Source of the DNA: an uncultured Bacilli bacterium
GTDB taxonomy: Bacteria; Bacillota_I; Bacilli_A; RF39; UBA660
Direction of reading: 5' to 3'
Assembly: GCA_934177545.1 (NCBI GenBank)
Contig: CAKPPI010000002.1
Coordinates: forward strand, 1 to 53,688
Length of the DNA stretch: 53,688 nt
A program made the translations under genes and the position numbers. The notes under the pieces were generated by a model. The model saw only the letters and a program-made list of their open reading frames with translations, did no database searches and had not been told where the DNA came from. Shown here piece after piece: positions 35,366-43,795 of the stretch (its first letter is position 1; every line of letters starts with the position of its first letter).

Positions 35366-36055
35366 TTAGCCTCCTACTACTTCACTTTTATACCATTCTG
35401 ATAACTCTACTAGAAAATCCAAAGTATTTTGATAATTTTTATTAATAGCATTATAGCTATCCTTTGCTAAGAAAAAGATACTCTCTCTGCTTATATCATT
35501 AGTAAAATAATAATTATCAGCATTTTCTAAGTTTGAGGTGATATAACCATTACTTGTTAACAATTGATTAATATTAGTTTTAAGAAAGGGTCTTATTTTT
35601 GATAGACTAGCTATTGAATATGATGAGCTTTCTTCTGAAAGACTATTTATCTGCATGACAATGCAATCATTTAATATACCATTTTGATAAAATTTTCCCA
35701 ATTTATATACATCTTTTAATTCTATATTCTCTTTTTTGGCTAAATTATTGTACTCTTCACTTTCAAATATTTTTACGCAACTATTTAACTTAAATTGTAT
35801 GTTGTTCATATCATAAATATTATTTGTTCCATTATAAGTATTCTGTTGATATAATGATATATTATTTTTAATTTTATTTAGCTTTTCTGTTGTTTTTGCT
35901 TGATTTACAGAAACATCAGAGCTTACATTTACCTTTATACTTAACTCTTTAGCATGATAGAAATTTAAAAATAATAGAAAAAAAGAAAATCCAAAAACAA
36001 TTCCAACTATAACATAGGCAAAGATATTTATATATTCTAATAGTAGTCTTTTCAT
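35366..36055 (-). CDS. N-terminally membrane-anchored protein of unknown function (SipW operon)
   Basis: 229 aa. One N-terminal TM helix (YVIVGIVFGFSFFLLFLNFY) precedes a mixed, Asn-rich extracytoplasmic domain. The start overlaps the upstream stop (TAATG). Confidence 0.65.
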   Translation of the reverse strand: MKRLLLEYINIFAYVIVGIVFGFSFFLLFLNFYHAKELSIKVNVSSDVSVNQAKTTEKLNKIKNNISLYQQNTYNGTNNIYDMNNIQFKLNSCVKIFESEEYNNLAKKENIELKDVYKLGKFYQNGILNDCIVMQINSLSEESSSYSIASLSKIRPFLKTNINQLLTSNGYITSNLENADNYYFTNDISRESIFFLAKDSYNAINKNYQNTLDFLVELSEWYKSEVVGG

Positions 36056-36573
36056 TAGTTAACCTCCTTTGCATTTATTTCAACTTTATAAGAATAAGAT
36101 TTATTTTGCCATTCAGTTGTCTTTGCAGACTCTGGAATATATACTTTTAACTCATATTGATTGGTATTGTTTGGCATTATATATCTATCATCTAATAGTT
36201 TATTTTTTATATCAGAGACACTACCTTTTTTTATAATTTTACCATTTAAAAATAATTGATAATTTAATTGATTATTAGATAATTTGCTATTTTTTTGGTT
36301 CTTTTTTTCTTTAAACAAAACTTCATATCTACTTTTAAAATCGTTAACATTTTTTACACTAAATTTGTAATTTTTAATAGATGAAGCTTCATCTTCTGAC
36401 ATTGGAAATAAATTTTCATTTATGGTTACTTCTTCACTTTCTTTTCTTATTTGTAAAGAACTAACAGAACCAAGGTTATTATAATAAAATGTTTTATACC
36501 ACAAAAAACTAGTTATAACTATAAAGACAAATAACAAAATTCCTCCAAATATTAAAAATATTTTCTTAGTCAT
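36055..36573 (-). CDS. Short TasA/CalY-like protein (possible minor or anchoring subunit)
   Basis: 172 aa. An N-terminal hydrophobic helix is followed by YKFSVKNVNDFKSRYEVLF, LNYQLFLNGKIIKKGSV, YELKVYIPES and the C-terminal SYSYKVEINAKEV. These are collinear with motifs of 19293..19835 and of the three larger paralogues. There is a TAATG overlap with sipW. Confidence 0.65.
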   Translation of the reverse strand: MTKKIFLIFGGILLFVFIVITSFLWYKTFYYNNLGSVSSLQIRKESEEVTINENLFPMSEDEASSIKNYKFSVKNVNDFKSRYEVLFKEKKNQKNSKLSNNQLNYQLFLNGKIIKKGSVSDIKNKLLDDRYIMPNNTNQYELKVYIPESAKTTEWQNKSYSYKVEINAKEVN

Positions 36574-37322
36574 TATTTATACCTTCTCCTTTCAATGTTT
36601 ACATCATTCTTCTTAGAAAAATTTGATTTTTTATTCTTTTTATTGCCTTTTTCTTTATTTTCAGTATTATTTTTAACTTTCTTTTTATCTTTCTTATTTG
36701 GATCATTTTTTATAGTTTTAACTATTTTTATTATATCTGCGCCTATTATTAACACTGTTGGTACTATTATTAGTAATAGCCAACCTAATACGGTACTTAA
36801 TATATATTGTATGTATCCTAATTTTGGTAAACGAATTAAAACCTTACCATATATACTATCAAACGGTTGTCTTGTAGCGTCTTCAGTATTATTTGCATCA
36901 CCTTTAGTCGTAAATAAGTACTTACCATTGCCTGTTTTTTCTATTTTTTTAACTCTATGAGTAACTGTTACACCTGAACTTCGATAATCTGTTGAGTTGA
37001 AAGTTATTACATCACCAACTTTTATTTTTGATGGATCACTTACTCTGGTAGTTATAATTACATCAAGCACATTAATATTTGGTACCATACTTGGACTAAC
37101 TATTGTATAAGCGGATACCAAAGCTGGTTTTTGAATTCCTTTTTGCAAGTTATTCTTTTGATCAATAAAGTTAATAATTATTACTAAGAAAACTATAATC
37201 ATTATTAGAAAAATAGAATACATAATAACTGTTAAAATATAGTGTATTATTCTCTTAAGTTTTTCAAAAAAAGAGAGATTGGAAAAATGTATTGTTGTCT
37301 CATTACCTTTCAAACATATCAC
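36573..37322 (-). CDS. sipW: Signal peptidase I, ER/archaeal (SipW) type, with a Lys/Asn-rich C-terminal tail
   Basis: 249 aa. It has the catalytic Ser box VSPSMVPNINVLDVII, then GDVITFNS, VTHRVKKIEK and TKGDANNTED. This is the S26B order, without the bacterial-type Ser-Lys box spacing. TM helices flank the domain on both sides. The last ~50 aa are KKDKKKVKNNTENKEKGNKKNKK... The track start is a GTG; the true start is uncertain. Confidence 0.8.
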   Translation of the reverse strand: MICLKGNETTIHFSNLSFFEKLKRIIHYILTVIMYSIFLIMIIVFLVIIINFIDQKNNLQKGIQKPALVSAYTIVSPSMVPNINVLDVIITTRVSDPSKIKVGDVITFNSTDYRSSGVTVTHRVKKIEKTGNGKYLFTTKGDANNTEDATRQPFDSIYGKVLIRLPKLGYIQYILSTVLGWLLLIIVPTVLIIGADIIKIVKTIKNDPNKKDKKKVKNNTENKEKGNKKNKKSNFSKKNDVNIERRRYK

Positions 37323-37381
37323 CCACTTATCATTCCTTCTATTATAAATATATCACATTTTAGAAGGATTTAAAAGGAAAG

Positions 37382-38017
37382 TTATTTATTTAATTTAGCT
37401 GTAGCATGTATTGCCACTTGAACTGCAAATGTTCTTGAAACATTATCAATTTTGGCATTTTCATCTACCCACATTCTTAGACGATAATATTCAGTTTGAC
37501 TATTAGTAATAGATTTTTTGTATAAAATCATACTTCCTTTTTCACTTCCTAGTTCTGATTTACTAGATATTGGAGAAAATTTTGTTGGTTTCATTACTTC
37601 TTTATATATATCTGATTCTTTTTTTTCTAAATACAATTTTACGTCTTTATTATTTAAGGTTGATTTTTCTAATTTTAAAGCAGATAATTCATAAGTAATT
37701 TTAGCTGAACCACTTATTGTAGAAATCACGCTAAAATCGAAATATTGATCTGCAGCTGATAATTTTTTACCAGATGCATCTGTTAGTGGCATAGCATTAA
37801 TAATTGTTATACCATTTGTGTCTTCTGTATAGTCAAGTGAAATATTACCAGTAGTTATTGTATTAATCTTATCTCCTTTTTTAGTTATTGTAACTGCAAC
37901 TACTGATATTCCTATAGTAAGTAACACTATCAATAATAGAGCTAACAACATAAAATAGAGTTTTCCCTTTTTTTCTTCTCTTAAATCATTATCAGCTACT
38001 CTTTCTTTTCTCATCAT
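37382..38017 (-). CDS. TasA/CalY-like secreted protein, paralogue 3
   Basis: 211 aa. It has the signal-like region LALLLIVLLTIGISVVAVTI, then GNISLDYTEDTNGITIINAMPLTDASGKKL, YFDFSV, YYRLRMWVDENA and the C-terminal FAVQVAIHATAK. Confidence 0.75.
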   Translation of the reverse strand: MMRKERVADNDLREEKKGKLYFMLLALLLIVLLTIGISVVAVTITKKGDKINTITTGNISLDYTEDTNGITIINAMPLTDASGKKLSAADQYFDFSVISTISGSAKITYELSALKLEKSTLNNKDVKLYLEKKESDIYKEVMKPTKFSPISSKSELGSEKGSMILYKKSITNSQTEYYRLRMWVDENAKIDNVSRTFAVQVAIHATAKLNK

Positions 38018-38063
38018 ATACCTCTCCTATTCTATCCAAATTGTAGCATATTTTTATTTTATG

Positions 38064-38098
38064 GTAAAGAAAAAAGTGTCATAGATTAGACACTTTTA
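38064..38098 (-). terminator. Rho-independent terminator after paralogue 2
   Basis: Minus-strand RNA reads AAAGUGUC-UAAUCUAU-GACACUUU followed by UUUCUUU. It differs from the 38808..38842 terminator at a single loop base. Confidence 0.85.
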
Positions 38099-38113
38099 TA
38101 GAGTAAATAAATA

Positions 38114-38740
38114 CTATTGAGCTGATGCTGCACCATAGACATTTACTTTTATTGAATAAACTTGTTTTGTTGAAGGTGCTGTATAATTTTGATCTACCCA
38201 CATTCTTAAACGGTATGTAGTTGTTTGATCAACAGTTTCATCAGTTGTATTAATAGTACCTGATTTCAAAATACGTTCTCCAACTGTAGCTCCAGCACTA
38301 TTACCAGATTGAGCTTGAGGTAATTCAGAAACTAAAGTTGGGGCTAATTCTACAGTGCTATCAGAATTACTTGTTAAATATACTTTAACGCCTGTATTAG
38401 GTAAGCTATTAGTAACTTCAGTAGCTGTAATTGCATAATTTAGTTGGGTTGTTCCTTTACCTACAATTCTGGCATTAACTGTAAAATCAAAATATTGACC
38501 CTCTGCACTTAGTGCTTTACCTGACTCATCTGTAATAGGTAATGCATCAGTTAGTGTAATACCGTTAGTATTTTCAGTATAACTCATTGTAATAGTACCA
38601 GTTGTAATTGTATTTGTTGTTTGTCCTGTACCAACATAAGTAAATGCTGCAAAGGAAATACCCACTACTGCTACTATTAAAATAGCAACACCTAATATAG
38701 AAATAAGTATTTGTTTTGATGAATTTGTATTTTCGTTCAT
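38114..38740 (-). CDS. TasA/CalY-like secreted protein, paralogue 2
   Basis: 208 aa. SSKQILISILGVAILIVAVVGISFAAFTY resembles SipW-dependent signal peptides (TasA ..TWAAFND, CalY ..TFAYFSD). It continues with TGTITMSY, ALPITDESGKAL, YFDFTV, YRLRMWVDQNY and YSIKVNVYGAASAQ. Confidence 0.8.
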   Translation of the reverse strand: MNENTNSSKQILISILGVAILIVAVVGISFAAFTYVGTGQTTNTITTGTITMSYTENTNGITLTDALPITDESGKALSAEGQYFDFTVNARIVGKGTTQLNYAITATEVTNSLPNTGVKVYLTSNSDSTVELAPTLVSELPQAQSGNSAGATVGERILKSGTINTTDETVDQTTTYRLRMWVDQNYTAPSTKQVYSIKVNVYGAASAQ

Positions 38741-38807
38741 CTTTGTCTAACCTCCTTACAATATAAAGATAACACAGATAAGTATAAAATAACAAGTATT
38801 TTTTGAT

Positions 38808-38842
38808 TAAAAGAAAAAAGTGTCAGAGATTAGACACTTTAC
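38808..38842 (-). terminator. Rho-independent terminator after paralogue 1
   Basis: Minus-strand RNA reads AAAGUGUC-UAAUCUCU-GACACUUU followed by UUUCUUUU. The 8-bp perfect stem arms are at 38833..38840 and 38817..38824. Confidence 0.85.
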
Positions 38843-38850
38843 TTGGTAAA

Positions 38851-39486
38851 CTACTTAGCTTGAGCAGTACCATAAACGTTAACACGTAAAATATATTTGT
38901 GTTGAGTAGCAAATTCTGTAGTATTATCACCATTAGTATGACTACCATAATTTTGATCTACCCACATTCTTAAACGATAACTATCTGTTCCAGTAGCATT
39001 ATAAGTATCTTCTTTAAGAATATACTGTCCATCAGGGGCACCAGAAGCATTGCTAGATGTAGTCTTTAATGTAGATACTAAAGCTGGTTCAAAAACAGCT
39101 GTCTCAGTATCACCACTAACAGATGTTAAGTAAATCTTAATTCCACTATCAGGAATATCAGATACAGTATCTTTTGTAGCAGTAATTGCATAACTAATGC
39201 TAGTATCACCAGCAATAGTTGCTCCTACTGTAAAATCAAAAGTATTATTATCTCCTTTTAATGCTTTTCCAGCTGTATCTGTTATAGGAAGTGCATCTGT
39301 TAAATTAATACCATTTTGCGGTTCACTATAACTCATCGTAATAGTACCAGTTGTAATTGTATTTTCTTTTTGACCTGCTTGACTAAAACTAAATGCAGCA
39401 AATGAAATACCTACTACTGCTACTACTAAAATGGCAACCCCTAGTACAGATAATAGAATTTGCTTTGATGAATTATTATTGTTCAT
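38851..39486 (-). CDS. TasA/CalY-like secreted protein, paralogue 1
   Basis: 211 aa. It has SSKQILLSVLGVAILVVAVVGISFAAFSF, then TGTITMSY, ALPITDTAGKAL, FDFTV, YRLRMWVDQNY and YILRVNVYGTAQAK. Confidence 0.8.
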   Translation of the reverse strand: MNNNNSSKQILLSVLGVAILVVAVVGISFAAFSFSQAGQKENTITTGTITMSYSEPQNGINLTDALPITDTAGKALKGDNNTFDFTVGATIAGDTSISYAITATKDTVSDIPDSGIKIYLTSVSGDTETAVFEPALVSTLKTTSSNASGAPDGQYILKEDTYNATGTDSYRLRMWVDQNYGSHTNGDNTTEFATQHKYILRVNVYGTAQAK

Positions 39487-39557
39487 CCTCGTCTAACCTC
39501 CTTTACAATATAAATATAACATAGGTAAAAATGGAAAGCAAGATGTTTTTCAACTTT

Positions 39558-40313
39558 TTATTTTAGTCTTGTAAACAAAGACATTGAATTACCTGTGGTA
39601 CTATTTTCTATAGTAGTTATATCTTGTTCTAACTCTTTAGCTAAAAACTCTGCTATTATGGGAATATTCTTAGACGAATTAATTTTTCCTCTATATGGAA
39701 CTGGTGCTAAATAAGGACTGTCTGTTTCTAAAACAATATTTTTTAAAGACAACTTCTTTACCGTCTCTATTAAATGACAATTCTTAAATGTTATTACCCC
39801 TCCTATTCCTAATAAAAATCCCATATTAATATACTGCCGGGCAGTTTCATAACTTCCACTAAAACAATGGATGATTCCTTTAATCTTATATTTTTTTAAG
39901 ATATTAATAGTATCATTGGTAGCATCTCTTGTATGAATTACGACGGGAAGATTGTACTTTTCTGCTAAAGAAAGCTGGTATTCAAATAGTTGTTGCTGTT
40001 TTTCTTTATTTTCTGATGAATAATGATAATCTAGTCCTATTTCTCCTATACCAATTATTTTTTCTAATAATAACAGTTGTTCTAATTTAACTAAATCTTG
40101 TTCGTTAATATTATCTGCTTCTTCCGGATGATAACCAATAGTTGCATATACATCTGAATAATTACTAATTATCTCTATAGTTTCATCAAGGTCTTCCCTA
40201 GTACAACCTGATATTATTATTCTTAAAACATTAGCATTTTTATCATCTTCTATAACTTTAGAAATATCTTCATAATCTTTCTTACTTAAATGACAATGTG
40301 TATCTATAAACAT
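39558..40313 (-). CDS. tatD: TatD-family metal-dependent DNase/hydrolase (YabD)
   Basis: 251 aa. It has the FIDTHCHL metal site, GEIGLDYH, PVVIHTRDA, GIIHCFSG and LETDSPYL. Confidence 0.93.
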   Translation of the reverse strand: MFIDTHCHLSKKDYEDISKVIEDDKNANVLRIIISGCTREDLDETIEIISNYSDVYATIGYHPEEADNINEQDLVKLEQLLLLEKIIGIGEIGLDYHYSSENKEKQQQLFEYQLSLAEKYNLPVVIHTRDATNDTINILKKYKIKGIIHCFSGSYETARQYINMGFLLGIGGVITFKNCHLIETVKKLSLKNIVLETDSPYLAPVPYRGKINSSKNIPIIAEFLAKELEQDITTIENSTTGNSMSLFTRLK

Positions 40314-40339
40314 TTTTATTCCTCCTAAAAGAAAATAGT

Positions 40340-40525
40340 CTACTTATTTAGCAAACTATTTTTATTTTTTCTCTTATAAATGTAGATTCTTACAAAATAA
40401 ACTGATAGAAATATTGCATAGAATATATCAAGTATATTACGTCCTGTTACAGCTGTAAAAACAACGCCAAGATAAAGTAATATAAACGCTAGATGACATA
40501 TTCCTACTCCCGTAGCCTCATCCAT
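40340..40525 (-). CDS. Possible small two-helix membrane protein
   Basis: 61-aa ORF with two hydrophobic stretches and a basic tail, sitting in the metG-tatD gap on the coding strand. There is no family signal, so it may not be expressed. Confidence 0.35.
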   Translation of the reverse strand: MDEATGVGICHLAFILLYLGVVFTAVTGRNILDIFYAIFLSVYFVRIYIYKRKNKNSLLNK

Positions 40526-40636
40526 AAAAGCAACCTCTTTCTATACTTCTTACTACTACCACACAATACGAATATATCATATTTTGTTGAAAAATAAATA
40601 TAGTTTTTTAATTTATTTTCTAACTTGACAATATTT

Positions 40637-42157
40637 TTACAAATTATTTATATCTAATCTTTCAAATAAGATTGATGGTTTATTAACTTTATAAGTATTA
40701 TTTTCTTTATATACTAAATCTTTATCAGTAGTATTTAATTGTTCTAATATAGAATTACTAGTATCTGGTAGATATGGATGTAGTAAAGAACCACAGATTC
40801 TAATTGATTCTAATAAGTTATATATTACTGTTTCCAATCTATTTTTCTTAGTGTCATCTTTTGCTAAAACCCAAGGAGTTGTATCGTCTATATATTTATT
40901 ACTGCTTCTTAACACTTCAAATATTTCACTAATAGCGTTTGCTACTTGTAGCTCATCCATTGATTTTTCTACTTTTTTATCTAGGTCATTTATTTTAGTA
41001 ACAAATTCATCATCTAATGATTCCCTAACATTTTTATTAGTAACTACTCCATCAAAGTATTTAATTGCCATAGTTAATGTTCTATTTACTAGATTACCTA
41101 AAATATTAGCTAAATCAGAGTTATGCTTACTTACTAATAATTCACTCGTGATATTGCCATCTTGAGCAAAAGGTATTTCATGAAGTAGATAATAACGAAC
41201 TGTGTCTACACCAAATTTTTCCACTAAATCATCAGCATATAAAACATTACCTTTACTCTTACTCATTTTATCATTTCCCATTAGTAACCAAGGATGTCCA
41301 AATACTTTATCTGGTAATGGTAAATCTAGAGCCATTAAGATAATAGGCCAATAGATAGTATGGAATCTTAAAATATCTTTACCAATTAAATGAAGATTAG
41401 CTGGCCAGTACTTCTTAAAGTTTTCACTTTGGTCTTTAGTATCATAACCTAAAAAAGTTATATAGTTTGTTAAGGCATCAATCCAAACATAAATAACATG
41501 CTTTGTATCAAAAGGAACAGGTATTCCCCATTTAAATGTTGTTCTTGAAACACATAAATCTTGTAATCCTGGTTTTAAGAAATTATTAATCATTTCATTT
41601 TTTCTAGATTCAGGTTCTATAAAATGAGAGTGTGTTTCTATGTATTCTTCTAATCTCTTTTGATATTTACTCATTTTAAAGAAATAAGCTTCTTCTTTAG
41701 ACTTTTTAACTTCTCTACCACAATCTGGACAATGACCATCTACTAATTGACTATCAGTAAAAAATGATTCGCAAGGAAGACAATACCAACCTTCATATTC
41801 ATCTAAATAAATATCACCTTGATCATATAATTTTTGAAAGATATTTTGAACTATCTTTTCATGTTCCTTATCAGTAGTTCTAACAAATTTATCATAGCTA
41901 GTATTCATTAAATCCCAGATTCTTTTTATTTCACTAGCTACTTCATCGGTAAATTCTTGAGGTGTTTTGCCTTCTTTCTTTGCTTTTTCTTCTACTTTTT
42001 GACCATGCTCATCTGTACCAGTTTGAAAATAAACATCATATCCTTTAAGTCTTTTGTATCTTGCAATTGCATCTGCTAAGACTATTTCATAAGTATTTCC
42101 TATATGTGGTTTACCTGAAGTATACGTAATTGCTGTACTAATGTAATATTTTTCCAT
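40637..42157 (-). CDS. metG: Methionyl-tRNA synthetase, short form without the C-terminal tRNA-binding domain
   Basis: 506 aa. It has HIGH-type GKPHIGNTY, KMSKS (DKMSKSKGN) and the zinc knuckles CLPCESF..CPDCG. It ends after the anticodon-binding helical domain. Confidence 0.95.
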   Translation of the reverse strand: MEKYYISTAITYTSGKPHIGNTYEIVLADAIARYKRLKGYDVYFQTGTDEHGQKVEEKAKKEGKTPQEFTDEVASEIKRIWDLMNTSYDKFVRTTDKEHEKIVQNIFQKLYDQGDIYLDEYEGWYCLPCESFFTDSQLVDGHCPDCGREVKKSKEEAYFFKMSKYQKRLEEYIETHSHFIEPESRKNEMINNFLKPGLQDLCVSRTTFKWGIPVPFDTKHVIYVWIDALTNYITFLGYDTKDQSENFKKYWPANLHLIGKDILRFHTIYWPIILMALDLPLPDKVFGHPWLLMGNDKMSKSKGNVLYADDLVEKFGVDTVRYYLLHEIPFAQDGNITSELLVSKHNSDLANILGNLVNRTLTMAIKYFDGVVTNKNVRESLDDEFVTKINDLDKKVEKSMDELQVANAISEIFEVLRSSNKYIDDTTPWVLAKDDTKKNRLETVIYNLLESIRICGSLLHPYLPDTSNSILEQLNTTDKDLVYKENNTYKVNKPSILFERLDINNL

Positions 42158-42159
42158 AA

Positions 42160-42400
42160 TTTTTCCTCCTTAGAAAATAAAAAGCTATTGTTCAAAGGAC
42201 GAAATATCTCCGCGGTACCACCTTTGTTCACAATAACTTGCACATCTTATTTGAAATAACGCTTCAATAACGATTATACCTACATATCGATATAACAACT
42301 CAAGAGCCATAGCAACATAGTCTTTTTTGCTTCTTTTCCACCAACCGAAGTCTCTATTACTAAAGATTCTATTTGCCTCTCCATCAATGTTTTTAACAGA
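42160..42400 (-). promoter_or_regulatory. T-box leader (probable Met specifier) controlling metG
   Basis: The minus strand contains the conserved T-box core GGUGGUACCGCGG (42222..42210). Upstream lie AGAGA and GGUUGGUGGAAA stem-I-like elements, with AUG triplets at 42318..42316 and 42310..42308. Downstream is a long helix UAUUGU..CAAAGG / CCUUUG.ACAAUA followed by GCUUUUUAUUUU, just before the metG RBS AAGGAGG. Confidence 0.8.
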
Positions 42401-42421
42401 TTTACTTTACCATAATTTTAT

Positions 42422-42967
42422 TCACTCTTCAAGATATTTTTCTAAAAATTGTGAAATTATCTGAACCATATGCTCTTGTTCTTCACTAAACATTTTTCCT
42501 GTATGTACATCTATTATTAGGATTAAACCAATAACTTCTCCCTCTGACAGAATAGGATTTACTAAATAATCAAACACTTTATTAGACTTACTATCTGATT
42601 CTATTATTTTTTTATATTCAACACTATACTTACTAGTTTTTTCATTATTGAGCAATATATTTTCTAATTCGCTTGAAATATGTTTACTAATAAATTCCTT
42701 TTTTAATGGACCACTTCCAGCAATAATATTATCACGATCTGCTACAAGGATACTATTCTTAATAGTATTAGTTATAGTATCAATTAAATTCTGTGATATT
42801 TCTTTTAAATCTGATGATGATGTGAATTTTTTTAGAACTATTTCTTCGCCATTAGTATATATTTCTAAGGATTCACCTTCTCTAATGCGTAATGTTTTTC
42901 TTATTTCTTTTGGTAATACAATTCTCCCTAAATCATCTATTCTTCTTACTACGCCTGTTGATTTCAT
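42422..42967 (-). CDS. spoVT: Stage V sporulation protein T (AbrB-family regulator with GAF-like C-domain)
   Basis: 181 aa. The N-terminus MKSTGVVRRIDDLGRIVLPKEIRKTLRIREGESLEIY is the swapped-hairpin AbrB/SpoVT domain. A ~120-aa sensor domain follows. Confidence 0.9.
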   Translation of the reverse strand: MKSTGVVRRIDDLGRIVLPKEIRKTLRIREGESLEIYTNGEEIVLKKFTSSSDLKEISQNLIDTITNTIKNSILVADRDNIIAGSGPLKKEFISKHISSELENILLNNEKTSKYSVEYKKIIESDSKSNKVFDYLVNPILSEGEVIGLILIIDVHTGKMFSEEQEHMVQIISQFLEKYLEE

Positions 42968-43100
42968 AAAATGCTCCCTTCTTTTCTAGTAGTATTCTCT
43001 CAAGTTTTGCCCATTTTATACTATTAAAAGTTATATATTATTATTATATACAGTAGAAGATAGTTTTTTATGTGGTAATTATTTCCAAATGAAAACATCT

Positions 43101-43733
43101 CTAATCAAAGAGATGTGAGTTTTCCTTAGCAAAGATAAAGTGGTCAGTTTGTTCATTAACTCCATTTATTAATGTTGTATTTTTTACAATGACTTTCATA
43201 TCTATAGTTTCCATTAAATTTCTTGGATAAGTTGTTTTAAAATACTTTGTAGCATCATTTTGAAGTTTATCTGCTATCTCATTAGTTTGGAAGAAGTTTG
43301 GTATATTATCTATTAGTTTCTGCATGTCACTTTCTATTTCAACTTTAATTTCCTTTTTTAGATTTCTATCCAGTGAAGCTAAGTCTTTCTTTAATATTTT
43401 AAAGGTTCCATATTTAGTATCTTTTGCTTTTTGTCTTATGGCTTTAATCAAATAATCTTCTCGATATTTTTTTAATGATTTTATTTTTTTTTGCATGGAG
43501 TTTCTATATATCTCCAATGATTTATCTAATTGCTCAGTATTAATTATTACTTGATAGTGTTTTCCTAATGATAACATTCTTTGTTTAATAGTATCCATCG
43601 TTTCTAATGGTGGTTTCTTAAACAGTGGTAATAAATCATCTTCCACTAGGGAATAACTGTTATTTTTAATTAATTCTTCTATTGAGTTTAAATAGATTGA
43701 TAAATGCTGCTCTAATAATTCTTCTTGTTTCAT
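43101..43733 (-). CDS. Hypothetical helical protein between mfd and spoVT
   Basis: 210-aa ORF, Lys/Glu/Leu-rich, with no TM segment and no motif I recognise. Confidence 0.6.
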   Translation of the reverse strand: MKQEELLEQHLSIYLNSIEELIKNNSYSLVEDDLLPLFKKPPLETMDTIKQRMLSLGKHYQVIINTEQLDKSLEIYRNSMQKKIKSLKKYREDYLIKAIRQKAKDTKYGTFKILKKDLASLDRNLKKEIKVEIESDMQKLIDNIPNFFQTNEIADKLQNDATKYFKTTYPRNLMETIDMKVIVKNTTLINGVNEQTDHFIFAKENSHLFD

Positions 43734-43795
43734 ATTTATATACCTTACCTTTTTCTATTTAAGAATAACAATAGTTTCTTAATAAGTCAAGTTGA

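Noticed and set aside
37323-37381. The inverted repeat CCTTCTA...TAGAAGG between paralogue 3 and sipW, considered as a terminator.
   Set aside because: It has a 19-nt loop and no U tract on the coding strand, so it more likely allows read-through into sipW.
42968-43100. A forespore-type (sigma-G/F) promoter upstream of spoVT, with an AATACTA -10-like element.
   Set aside because: The candidate -35 (GTATA) is about 21 nt away, which is off the expected 17-18 nt spacing. This is not enough evidence to annotate.
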